Source of the DNA: an uncultured Enterobacterales bacterium
GTDB lineage: Bacteria > Myxococcota_A > UBA796 > CAJQPC01
Assembly (NCBI GenBank): GCA_964604165.1
Contig: CAZRYF010000006.1
Location: 62,317-126,316 of the forward strand
Length of the DNA: 64,000 nt
Reading direction: 5' to 3'
The position numbers and the translations under genes were made by a program. Shown piece by piece: positions 17,165 to 25,597 of the stretch. The notes beneath the pieces were generated by a model. The model was not told where the DNA came from. It did not search any database and was given only the letters and a program-made list of their open reading frames with translations. How positions within the stretch are numbered: position 1 is the first letter of the stretch; the number at the start of each line of letters is the position of its first letter.

Positions 17165-17908
17165 TTGATGCGACTGCGATCCAAATCCCGCCGCGGCATG
17201 ACGCTGATGGAGATCATGGTCTCCATTGCGATCATCGCGGGCATCTTCGGGATCGCGCTGCCGGGGCTTGGGGGCTTGTTTGGGTTGGAGCGATCCCAGA
17301 TGGCCAAGCAGATCGCCACCACCTACAACTTCCTTCGGGAAGAGGCTGGCTTGCGAAACGTTAGCTTTCGGGTGGAGTACGACCTGGACCGCAACAGCTG
17401 GAGTGTGCAGGTGGGAGACCCGAACACCCTGGTCTTCACCGACGCGGAGGCCCGCATGGAGTTCGAGGAGGAGCTCGAGGACGAGCTGGCCCGGTACACG
17501 CAGCGGGAGATCGAGGAGGGCGAGGCGCGGGAAGTCCTGGAGAAGCGCGGCCGGTTCGAGGGCTTGCAGGGCGATCGGACGCTCCCCACCCGGGTGGAAC
17601 TGCCGGGGGGCACCGTTTTTGGCTGGGTCTACACCCCTCAGTACGAGGAGCCGGTAGAGGCGCCCGATGAGCCATTTGATCCTGAAATGGACGAGGAGTC
17701 GGATCGCCGAGTGGCCCATTCCCATGTCTTTCCGGATGGGTACATGGAGCACACGCTTATCTACCTCGTGGACGAGAACGATCCCGACGACGGACTCACC
17801 CTCGAGGTGGAGCCTCTCACGGGTCGGGTCCAGATTCACGAGGGGGAGGTTCGACCTGAGGACAGGCGGGATTGGCTGCCCGAGGAAGCCCCGGAGTTGG
17901 ACCTGTGA
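17165..17908 (+). CDS. gspH: Minor pseudopilin, GspH-like by position
   Basis: The prepilin-type N-terminus is RRG|MTLMEIMVSIAII. The C-terminal part is acidic and long. The assignment rests on gene order. Confidence 0.6.
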   Translation: MMRLRSKSRRGMTLMEIMVSIAIIAGIFGIALPGLGGLFGLERSQMAKQIATTYNFLREEAGLRNVSFRVEYDLDRNSWSVQVGDPNTLVFTDAEARMEFEEELEDELARYTQREIEEGEAREVLEKRGRFEGLQGDRTLPTRVELPGGTVFGWVYTPQYEEPVEAPDEPFDPEMDEESDRRVAHSHVFPDGYMEHTLIYLVDENDPDDGLTLEVEPLTGRVQIHEGEVRPEDRRDWLPEEAPELDL

Positions 17909-18525
17909 CCCCGTCGAAAAACCAACGCGGCTTTACCTTGCTTGAGGTGGTCATCGCCATGGGCATCCTGGCCATTTCCCTGGTGGTCCTGGTGGATGCA
18001 CAGGCCACGGCGGTGGACATGACCCTGGGGGCGGAGCGCTACGGAACCGCCACCATGCTCGCCCAGGAGAAGATGACCGAGGTTCGGATCCAGCTGGAGC
18101 AAGAGGGCTTCACGGACCGGGACATTGAAGAGGAGGGGGACTTTGACGAGTACGGCGACGACATGGAGTCGGTGGATTTTGAAGATGTGTTCTCCGACTA
18201 CGAGTGGGCCTACACGGTCCGGGAGATCGAGCTGTCCCTGGCGGGGGACCTCATGGGAATGGCAGGAGACCTGGCGGGGGATGGCTATTGGGGGGATCAG
18301 GGGCAAGAAGCAGACCTCGCACAGGCCACTCCGCAAGCGGGAATGCTCGGAAACTTCCTCTCCCCGGAGATGATCACCGACTCCCTGTCCCCCTACATGC
18401 GGGAGCTGGTGGTGCGGGTCTGGTGGGGAGACAACGAGGACGGCATCGATCAGGTGGAGCTGACCACCCACGTGATCAATCCCTCGGGAGTGGTCATCCC
18501 CGGCGGGAGCGAGGACTCTCCATGA
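17905..18525 (+). CDS. gspI: Minor pseudopilin, GspI-like
   Basis: A GTG start overlaps the upstream stop. The N-terminus reads KNQRG|FTLLEVVIAMGILA. Confidence 0.6.
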   Translation: MTPSKNQRGFTLLEVVIAMGILAISLVVLVDAQATAVDMTLGAERYGTATMLAQEKMTEVRIQLEQEGFTDRDIEEEGDFDEYGDDMESVDFEDVFSDYEWAYTVREIELSLAGDLMGMAGDLAGDGYWGDQGQEADLAQATPQAGMLGNFLSPEMITDSLSPYMRELVVRVWWGDNEDGIDQVELTTHVINPSGVVIPGGSEDSP

Positions 18526-19223
18526 TCGCCAACCTGAAACGACAGGGCATGACCCTCATGGAGGTGATGGTCGCCATGGGCATTCTGGCGGGAATCGCTG
18601 CCATGACCTGGATCTCCCTGGCCGGTGTGCTGGATGCCCGGGACACGCTGGAGGTGCAGGACGAGCTGCAGCAGTCCGCCCGGGTGGCCATGGACCGCAT
18701 CACGCGAGAGCTGGAGCTGGCCTGGCTCACTGAGCACACCAGCGCGATCAACACCTTTCGCACTGTTTTTGTGGCCGAGGACAATGAGCCCCTGGACAGG
18801 ATCTGGTTCACCACCTTGTCCCACCGGCGAATGGTGCGGGACTCCCGCGAAGGGGACCAGACCGAGATCACCCTCTGGACCGAGGATGACCCCGAGCACT
18901 CCGGCAATGCCGTGCTTCTTCACAGGGAAGCCCCGCGAATTGACCATGAACCCGACAAGGACGGGGTCATTCTGCCCCTGGCCCACCGGGTGGAGCGGTT
19001 CGACCTCTCTTTTCTGGATGGGACCCGGGGGGAGTGGGTGGAGGAATGGGACACGACGGGGATTGAGACCCCCAACAGGCTCCCCCGGGCAGTGCGGATC
19101 ATTCTTGTGTTGGAGGGGCCCGATCCGAGCGATCCGGAGGAGACCCGCGAGACCACCTACTCCACCACGGTTCTACTTCAATACGCGGATGCGCTTCCAC
19201 GCTCCGCCTTTGCAAACAAGTAG
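18522..19223 (+). CDS. gspJ: Minor pseudopilin GspJ-like
   Basis: The start is in an ATGA overlap. The N-terminus reads KRQG|MTLMEVMVAMGILAG. Confidence 0.65.
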   Translation: MIANLKRQGMTLMEVMVAMGILAGIAAMTWISLAGVLDARDTLEVQDELQQSARVAMDRITRELELAWLTEHTSAINTFRTVFVAEDNEPLDRIWFTTLSHRRMVRDSREGDQTEITLWTEDDPEHSGNAVLLHREAPRIDHEPDKDGVILPLAHRVERFDLSFLDGTRGEWVEEWDTTGIETPNRLPRAVRIILVLEGPDPSDPEETRETTYSTTVLLQYADALPRSAFANK

Positions 19224-19239
19224 CTGCAAGAAAAATACC

Positions 19240-20448
19240 TTGAAACTCTTTCGCAACCCCCATCCATTTTACGGATTTCCCCGGCGCCGGGACAAGCGTC
19301 GGGGGGTGGCTTTGTTGTTGGTTGCGACGACGTTGATGTTCATGACGGTTCTTGTCACAGAAATCAGCTTCAGCTCCCGGGTTCGGTTCCTCCAGTCCGC
19401 CCACGCCAGGGACGAGGTGGCAGCCGGAGCCCTGGCCCGCACCGGCGTCAACATGTACCGGCTGATCCTGGTGGGCACCAAGCAGATGGAAAACAACCCC
19501 ATGCTCAAGAACATGATGAACACCATCGGGATGGGCGGGGTGGAGCTGTGGCAGCTCATGCCCAACATCAACACCAGCCTATTGCGGATGATCTTCGTGA
19601 GCGGTTCGGACCTGGAATCAGAAGACCTGGAGAAACTGCGGGACGAGGGACTGGACGCTGAGACCCGGGAAGCCAGCCGGGAGAGCCGGTTTTCGGACCG
19701 AAACTTCCTGGATTTCGACGGGGACTTCCTGGCGGAGATCGTGGACGAGGACTCCAAGGTCAACATCGGCCTCATCGGCACCTACGGCACGGTTCCCTTG
19801 ATGGAAAACCCCACGGCCATTCAGCTCTTTGGACTCATGTCCGGGGAGGAGCACGACCAGTGGTTCTACGATCGGAACATTGATCGCTGGGAATTGATCT
19901 CCAACCTGCTCGACTGGGTGGATCAGGACACCATGCGCTCCGGCGCCCAGGGCGGGTATGAGGATGACCTCTACAACAACCTGGAGTCGCCGTACCTCTC
20001 CAAGAACGCGTCTTTTGAAACAAAGGCGGAGATTCGCCTGGTGGAAGGTTGGCAGGACGACGTGTACGACCGGTATTCAGACTATTTCACCCTGTACGGC
20101 ACGGGGAAGATCAACGTGAACACCGCCACCACAGAGGTGCTGGTGGGGCTCTTCAAGGCCTACATCAGCCCGAGTCCCACGGACTCCCAGTGCGAGGTGC
20201 TGCTGCAGGAGCTGGCGGAGTACCGGATGCTGGGGGCGAGTTTTTCCAAGCCCAAGGACTTCACGAACTGGCTTTCAGGCCAGGGGGTGAATGTGGAACC
20301 GGCCATGACCAAGGCCATCGGAACGAAGTCGACGGTGTTCACCGTCAAGTCCATCGGCATGGTGGGGGATGCAACGCAAAGCCTCACCGTGGTCATGGAT
20401 TTCGCAAAGAACAAGGAAGGCAAGATTGTCTTCTGGCGCGTGGATTGA
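19240..20448 (+). CDS. gspK: Minor pseudopilin GspK-like
   Basis: RRRDKRRGVALLLVATTLMF is a GspK-type N-terminus. The GspK core contains KINVNTATTEVLVGL (helix-hairpin-helix-like). The TTG start at 19240 is inferred and is not certain. Confidence 0.65.
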   Translation: MKLFRNPHPFYGFPRRRDKRRGVALLLVATTLMFMTVLVTEISFSSRVRFLQSAHARDEVAAGALARTGVNMYRLILVGTKQMENNPMLKNMMNTIGMGGVELWQLMPNINTSLLRMIFVSGSDLESEDLEKLRDEGLDAETREASRESRFSDRNFLDFDGDFLAEIVDEDSKVNIGLIGTYGTVPLMENPTAIQLFGLMSGEEHDQWFYDRNIDRWELISNLLDWVDQDTMRSGAQGGYEDDLYNNLESPYLSKNASFETKAEIRLVEGWQDDVYDRYSDYFTLYGTGKINVNTATTEVLVGLFKAYISPSPTDSQCEVLLQELAEYRMLGASFSKPKDFTNWLSGQGVNVEPAMTKAIGTKSTVFTVKSIGMVGDATQSLTVVMDFAKNKEGKIVFWRVD

Positions 20449-20458
20449 GGAGAAGAAA

Positions 20459-22090
20459 ATGGCAACCATTCTCGGCATTGACATCGGAACCCACTCGGTC
20501 AAACTGGCCTTGGTGGAGGGTCGTCTTGGACGCGGCGGCACCTTGGCCTACAAGGTGGGGCCCATCCTCCAGGATACGGACAACCTTCCCACGGACGCAG
20601 AGCGATTTGCTGCGCTGGAGGCGCTGCTTCGGGATCTTCCCCAAGCCGAGGGAGCCACGTGCGCAGCGGGGTTTCCAGCAGATCGGGTCTCTTTGCGGGG
20701 CATCCGGCTTCCCTTCACGGACCGCGCCCAGATTCAAAAGACTCTTGCGTTTGAGCTGGAAGGCCACGTGCCCTTTGACTTGGACGACTTTGTGCTCGAC
20801 TACCGGGTGCTCAAGCCCGTGGGAGAAGGGAGCCGGGTCTTCTGTGCCCTGGCCAGCAAACAAGTCCTTGGGGACATGCTCGGTGGCCTGAAAGAAGCGG
20901 GTCTCCAGCCGCGCCGCGTGGTGTTGGATGCGGAAGTTCTGGCGAGTTTTGCGCCGGGAATGGGGCACCGCATGGTGGTGGACATCGGACACACCCGGAC
21001 GCTGGTGGCCTTTGTGTCCGGGGGAGAGGTCATCCAGGCCCGGGCCCTCTCTTTGGGTGGGCGGGGTCTGACTCTTGCCCTCTGCCGGGCCTTTGACTGG
21101 GACTGGGAGGTTGCTGAAGAAGAAAAACACACGGCTGCCTTGCCCAAGTTCGCCGGTGGTGTTTCGGTGGTGGAGGCCACGGAAGCCCCCAATGCCGAGG
21201 AAGCCACCGATCCGGGGGCAACCCCGGGGCGGGTCCTGGAACAAGCGCTGGTGCCGCTGCTTTCTGAGCTGCGTGCGACCCGCTTGGCCTTTGAGGCCAG
21301 CACCGGTGTGGAGATCGAAGACCTGGTGGTGACCGGTGGAAGCTCAGAGCTTCAGGGGTTCACTCCGCGGCTCGCCGCTGCCCTGGGGGTGCCGGTTCGC
21401 CGTGCTTCCATTTCCGACGAAGCGGTTTTTGAAGGAGACCCGGGCCGGTTTGCATTGTCTCATGCATTGAGCGAGGTGGCCGGCGGATTGACCCACAGCC
21501 GGGAGTTCCAGTTCAGAAAGGGAGAGTTTGGCTACAAGGGGGACCTGGCCATTGTACGGGACCTGGCGGGGTATGCGGCAGCGGGAGGGGTCGGGTTGCT
21601 CGCTGTGGGGCTGTTGCTGTTTGCCCTCAAGTGGGTGGGGCTGTCGCAAGAAATCTCAGATCTCGATGCTCAGGTCATTGCGGAGGTGGCTGCCATCGTA
21701 CCGGATGTGCCGGAATCCATCATGCAAGATGCGGCCCTCTCCCGGGACTTCTTGTTGGAGCTGGCGGGCACCGAGGCGGAACGGGTTGACATCCTGGAGG
21801 GTGCCATGCAGGGAGAGCCGCCCATGCTGGTGCTGCTCAAGGATATCTCCCAGGCCTTCCCCCCTCCCAAGGATGTGCGGGTTGAAGTGCGGGAGATGAC
21901 CCTGTCTCCCACGTCGGTGCGGATGAAGGCCGAGACCACCGGGTACGAAGCTGCAGCCAGCATCGAGCAGTCCTTGCAGCGGAGGGCGCGATTCAAGAAC
22001 ACGGTCAAGGGGGATGAAAAGAAGCTGGGCGATGGCATCAGCTTTTCCTTGACCATTCCCCTGGATGGGGAAGAAAAGGAGGAAGGCTGA
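20459..22090 (+). CDS. gspL: GspL (PilM-like cytoplasmic actin-fold domain, TM helix, periplasmic domain)
   Basis: MATILGIDIGTHSVKLALVEG is a PilM/GspL-type start. A single TM helix (GGVGLLAVGLLLFAL) is present. It occupies the expected position in the operon. Confidence 0.7.
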   Translation: MATILGIDIGTHSVKLALVEGRLGRGGTLAYKVGPILQDTDNLPTDAERFAALEALLRDLPQAEGATCAAGFPADRVSLRGIRLPFTDRAQIQKTLAFELEGHVPFDLDDFVLDYRVLKPVGEGSRVFCALASKQVLGDMLGGLKEAGLQPRRVVLDAEVLASFAPGMGHRMVVDIGHTRTLVAFVSGGEVIQARALSLGGRGLTLALCRAFDWDWEVAEEEKHTAALPKFAGGVSVVEATEAPNAEEATDPGATPGRVLEQALVPLLSELRATRLAFEASTGVEIEDLVVTGGSSELQGFTPRLAAALGVPVRRASISDEAVFEGDPGRFALSHALSEVAGGLTHSREFQFRKGEFGYKGDLAIVRDLAGYAAAGGVGLLAVGLLLFALKWVGLSQEISDLDAQVIAEVAAIVPDVPESIMQDAALSRDFLLELAGTEAERVDILEGAMQGEPPMLVLLKDISQAFPPPKDVRVEVREMTLSPTSVRMKAETTGYEAAASIEQSLQRRARFKNTVKGDEKKLGDGISFSLTIPLDGEEKEEG

Positions 22091-22695
22091 TGTTTGAAAA
22101 CATTCGTGCTCGAGTAGGCCAGGTGGCCGCGCCATGGGGGTCTCGTTTCGAGGCCTTCTTGCTGGGGATGACTCCCCGGGATCGAAAGCTGTTTTATGGG
22201 CTCTCTTCCACGGTGGTTGTAGCCCTCGTGGGGGCGGTGGTTCTGGGCATGATGGCGGTGTTGGAGGGGTTGGAGGAAGATCTGGCCCAGGGGCAGCAGA
22301 CCCTTGTCCTGGTTCAGGCACTGGGAGAGGAGTACGCCGAGGCAGGTGCAAAGGCCGAGGCGTTGGAAGCAAAGCTCAAAGTTTACGCTGACACGGACCT
22401 CTCGGCCTTCCTTGAAAAGGCAGCCAGTTCGGCTCAAATACGGGGAAACCTGGACTCGGTGCGAGAGACCTCCAAGAGCCAGCAGGGCATCCTGGAAATC
22501 AAGAACTACTCGGTGACCGTCAAGAAGGCAGCCTTGGACCAGGTGTTGAACTTTCTGTACGAGACGGAAGGCACGGGGTACCCCCTGCGTATCCAGTCGG
22601 CGAACCTCAAGAATGTGCGCGTGTCTGGTGAGAAGAAGTTGACCTTGAAGCTGGATGTGGCGGCCTACCGCCTCGTCGAGGAGGAGAGCGGATGA
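22090..22695 (+). CDS. gspM: GspM-like bitopic protein
   Basis: The start is in a TGATG overlap with gspL. The 201-aa product has one TM helix (VVVALVGAVVLGMMAV) followed by a coiled coil. The assignment rests on position and architecture. Confidence 0.55.
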   Translation: MFENIRARVGQVAAPWGSRFEAFLLGMTPRDRKLFYGLSSTVVVALVGAVVLGMMAVLEGLEEDLAQGQQTLVLVQALGEEYAEAGAKAEALEAKLKVYADTDLSAFLEKAASSAQIRGNLDSVRETSKSQQGILEIKNYSVTVKKAALDQVLNFLYETEGTGYPLRIQSANLKNVRVSGEKKLTLKLDVAAYRLVEEESG

Positions 22696-24011
22696 TCCAG
22701 CGCATCGGAATGGGCTTGTTTGGCGTGGTGTGGGGGGCCCTGGTCTTTCAGGTGGCGTTCCACATGAGCTTTCCCTCGGAAGCCCTGGGGGATCGGATGG
22801 CCTACGAGGTGGAGCAGGCCACGAGCGGAAAGCAGCTGCTTCGGGTGGAAAAGGCGTCTCCCTGGGGTGTGTTGGGCGTATCGTTAAAGGGGGTCCAGCT
22901 CTTCTCTCGAGCCAAGGGCTCGTCACGGGACGAGGAGGGTGCGGGCCCCACCCTGCGCCTGGCGCTGGAGAAGTTTGCAGCTCGCATGCGTGCATTGCCC
23001 TTGTTGGGAGGCACCCGTGCGGTCGAGCTTGATGCGCACCTCTACGATGGCCGCATCGCTGGGGAGGTCTTCCAGTCCTCTGATGGGTCGGGCATGGATC
23101 TCAAGATTCGCGGCCTTGAACTTTCCGCGTATCCCCTTGGGGGCGACTCCTTTGAAGTGGGTTTGGAGGGGCGCCTGAAGGGCTTGATCAAGCTCGCTAT
23201 CGATGGAGAGGATGCATCGAAGAGCAAGGGGCGGGTGCGGCTCTCCGTGGACGGGTTGGCCCTGAACCATGCGTCCTTTGGCGGCTTTGAATTGGAACCC
23301 ACCACGTTTGACGAGGCCGTCATCCAGCTGGAGGTGGATGATGGACGGTTGAAGGTCAAGAAGGGCAAGATCGAGTCCGATGTGATTCGGCTGGTGCTGG
23401 AGGGTGACATCGTGCTGCAGGAGCCCATGGACCGAAGTCGCGTGCGACTGAAGGTGCGGTTCAAGCTCTCGGAAGAGATGGACGACCTCGCGAAGATTCT
23501 CCCGCAGATGAAGCGGGCCCGGGACACGGGTGGCGAGTACCACTTTCAGGTCACAGGCACTGTGGCGAACTGGCGTTTCCGAGAGGACCGAAGCGCTGCC
23601 CGAGGCAAGACCTCCTCCCGCACGGACCGGAGAAAGAAGACCGGTTCCGTGAACCGGGTGGAGGAGGAGGACTCTGAGGTCGAAGAGGATGAAGCCCGAA
23701 AGGAGCGGCGAGAGGCTCGAATTCGGGAGCGTCGAGAGCGCATGCGGGAGCGACGCTCCAAGCGGGAGTCAGATGAGGAGGGCTCTCCGAGGGAGGAGGC
23801 TCGAGACAAGAAGGTCATGCGACGTCCGGAACCGGAGGACGATCGAGATCTGGAGTTTGACGACCTGGACGATGAGCCGGCGCGGCCGACACGCTTCCAG
23901 GACTTTGGGCCAGATGATGAGGGGCCAGCGCCGTACGAGGCCGGACCGCCGGACGATGAGTTCGGGAATGTGCCCATTGATGGCGACTATGACCCGGTTT
24001 ACGACGATTGA
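22692..24011 (+). CDS. gspN: GspN-like protein with a long polyampholyte C-terminal tail
   Basis: The start is in an ATGA overlap. The N-terminal TM helix is GMGLFGVVWGALVFQVAF. A GspN-like body is followed by about 140 aa rich in R, E and D. Confidence 0.55.
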   Translation: MIQRIGMGLFGVVWGALVFQVAFHMSFPSEALGDRMAYEVEQATSGKQLLRVEKASPWGVLGVSLKGVQLFSRAKGSSRDEEGAGPTLRLALEKFAARMRALPLLGGTRAVELDAHLYDGRIAGEVFQSSDGSGMDLKIRGLELSAYPLGGDSFEVGLEGRLKGLIKLAIDGEDASKSKGRVRLSVDGLALNHASFGGFELEPTTFDEAVIQLEVDDGRLKVKKGKIESDVIRLVLEGDIVLQEPMDRSRVRLKVRFKLSEEMDDLAKILPQMKRARDTGGEYHFQVTGTVANWRFREDRSAARGKTSSRTDRRKKTGSVNRVEEEDSEVEEDEARKERREARIRERRERMRERRSKRESDEEGSPREEARDKKVMRRPEPEDDRDLEFDDLDDEPARPTRFQDFGPDDEGPAPYEAGPPDDEFGNVPIDGDYDPVYDD

Positions 24012-25594
24012 TTTGAGGAGGAGGGGAGGCAGCGCCGGAGCCGGAGGACCCCGAGCAGCAATCCCCCCAGCACCATCGCGTAGAGCCCGGCCACCAGTCC
24101 CGGGGCGGTAAACACAGCCGGAAGGAGCTGGGTCTCCCGCACGGGGAAGCTCCACCAGCGCACCAGTGGTGCAAAGTGCCAGTCCCAGTACAGGAGCTCA
24201 AAGTGGTGGTGAATGCCCAGTGCGGCCCAAGCTTCCTTGTCGGTCACAAAGAGCGCTTTCAGCCACTGGTAGTAGTCGTGGGGGTTGACAAGAATGCCGT
24301 TGATGGCAACCAGGGCTGTGAGGCCCACGGCGACTTGGATGACCCCTCGTCGGACCCCTTGTACGTGCTCCAGCGCCACGGCGATGGGCACGAAGAAGAG
24401 TGGGAGCACGGGCACAAGAAACCGGGGACCCCAACACCAGCTACCGCCCCAATCCCACCACCTGCAGTACAAGCCCAACAGCGTGGCGAGCCCGCCGAGA
24501 GCCAGGATGGAGGTGGTTCGGGCGGCTCCTTTGCACCGTCCAAAGCTCCAGAGGGACGCCAACACAAGGGGGAAGTGCCAGAGGAGCCCGCGTCCTGGAC
24601 TTGCGATCAGTCCAAAGAGGCCTTCGGTCCAGGGACTGGTCCAGGCATCCACCTCGGCGCTGTACCCTGTGGAAAGCGGGGAACCAAAGCGTACCGCGTT
24701 GTAGGCTCCGACCAGCACAAAAAAAGGCGCTGCGCCTGCGGTGATCCAACCCACATCCATTGAGGCCTCCTTCCATTTCCATTGGCGGCTGTACAGGACG
24801 GCCAGGCCCATAGGGAGCGCCAGAATGCCAAGTGCAATCTTGGTTGCCACCAACAGCCCGTAGAAGGCACCGGCCCCTACCAGGTCACGCCTTTGCCCCG
24901 AGCTGGAGTGCCGAACCAAGCAGGTGGCAATCCCAGTATAGGAAAGAGCCGCGAGCGGCTCAGCCCAGAAGGTCCGCGCATAGTGCAACATCGGGCTTCC
25001 AAGTCCGCAGGCCACGGCACACCCAAGGGAGAGCCCTGCTCCGACTCCAAGGCCTCTGAGCAGAAGAAAAAGGAGAGCGCAGGTACCCGCTGTGAGAGCT
25101 GGATTCGTCCATGACACAAGAAAGGCGCCAAATGCTTCGCTGAACCGGGTTCGGTCTACTTGGTACCAAAGCCGCCGAAAGGACCGGCGATCTGGATCTT
25201 GTACCCGAAAGGGAGACTCCCAGGAGGTGGGGCCTTCCAGGGTGGCGGGGGTGCGGAAGAGGCCCTGCTCCTCGGGGGTGGAAAGCGGGACCAGCCACCG
25301 GCTGGCTACGTAGGCAGGAACGGATGCTGCGGAAAGGGCGAGTCCGTACTTGGAGTGCCGCCTTGTGACCTTGCCGTCTTCTTCCAGGGATGCTGGGCCG
25401 CCAAATGCCTCGTGGTCCATCAATACGGGATAGTCCAGGGTCCCGGCGTCGACCCACCCCTGGGTCACCCGGTACATGACCGTGCCGTCCGGACTGTAGA
25501 TGTGTCCGCCCAGCAGCAGGATGTACCAGCAGGTAAGGGACAGCCAAAGCCAGCGGGCGATTCTCGGGTCCTGGCCCCGGCCCGAGGAATGCAC
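23999..25594 (-). CDS. GT-C fold membrane glycosyltransferase (ArnT/PMT_2-like, family 39/83-like)
   Basis: The 531-aa polytopic protein has an N-terminal loop IYSPDGTVMYRVTQ, and aromatic-rich TM segments follow. It starts 3 nt downstream of the response-regulator stop, indicating an operon. Confidence 0.6.
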   Translation of the reverse strand: MHSSGRGQDPRIARWLWLSLTCWYILLLGGHIYSPDGTVMYRVTQGWVDAGTLDYPVLMDHEAFGGPASLEEDGKVTRRHSKYGLALSAASVPAYVASRWLVPLSTPEEQGLFRTPATLEGPTSWESPFRVQDPDRRSFRRLWYQVDRTRFSEAFGAFLVSWTNPALTAGTCALLFLLLRGLGVGAGLSLGCAVACGLGSPMLHYARTFWAEPLAALSYTGIATCLVRHSSSGQRRDLVGAGAFYGLLVATKIALGILALPMGLAVLYSRQWKWKEASMDVGWITAGAAPFFVLVGAYNAVRFGSPLSTGYSAEVDAWTSPWTEGLFGLIASPGRGLLWHFPLVLASLWSFGRCKGAARTTSILALGGLATLLGLYCRWWDWGGSWCWGPRFLVPVLPLFFVPIAVALEHVQGVRRGVIQVAVGLTALVAINGILVNPHDYYQWLKALFVTDKEAWAALGIHHHFELLYWDWHFAPLVRWWSFPVRETQLLPAVFTAPGLVAGLYAMVLGGLLLGVLRLRRCLPSSSNQSS

Positions 25595-25597
25595 CGA

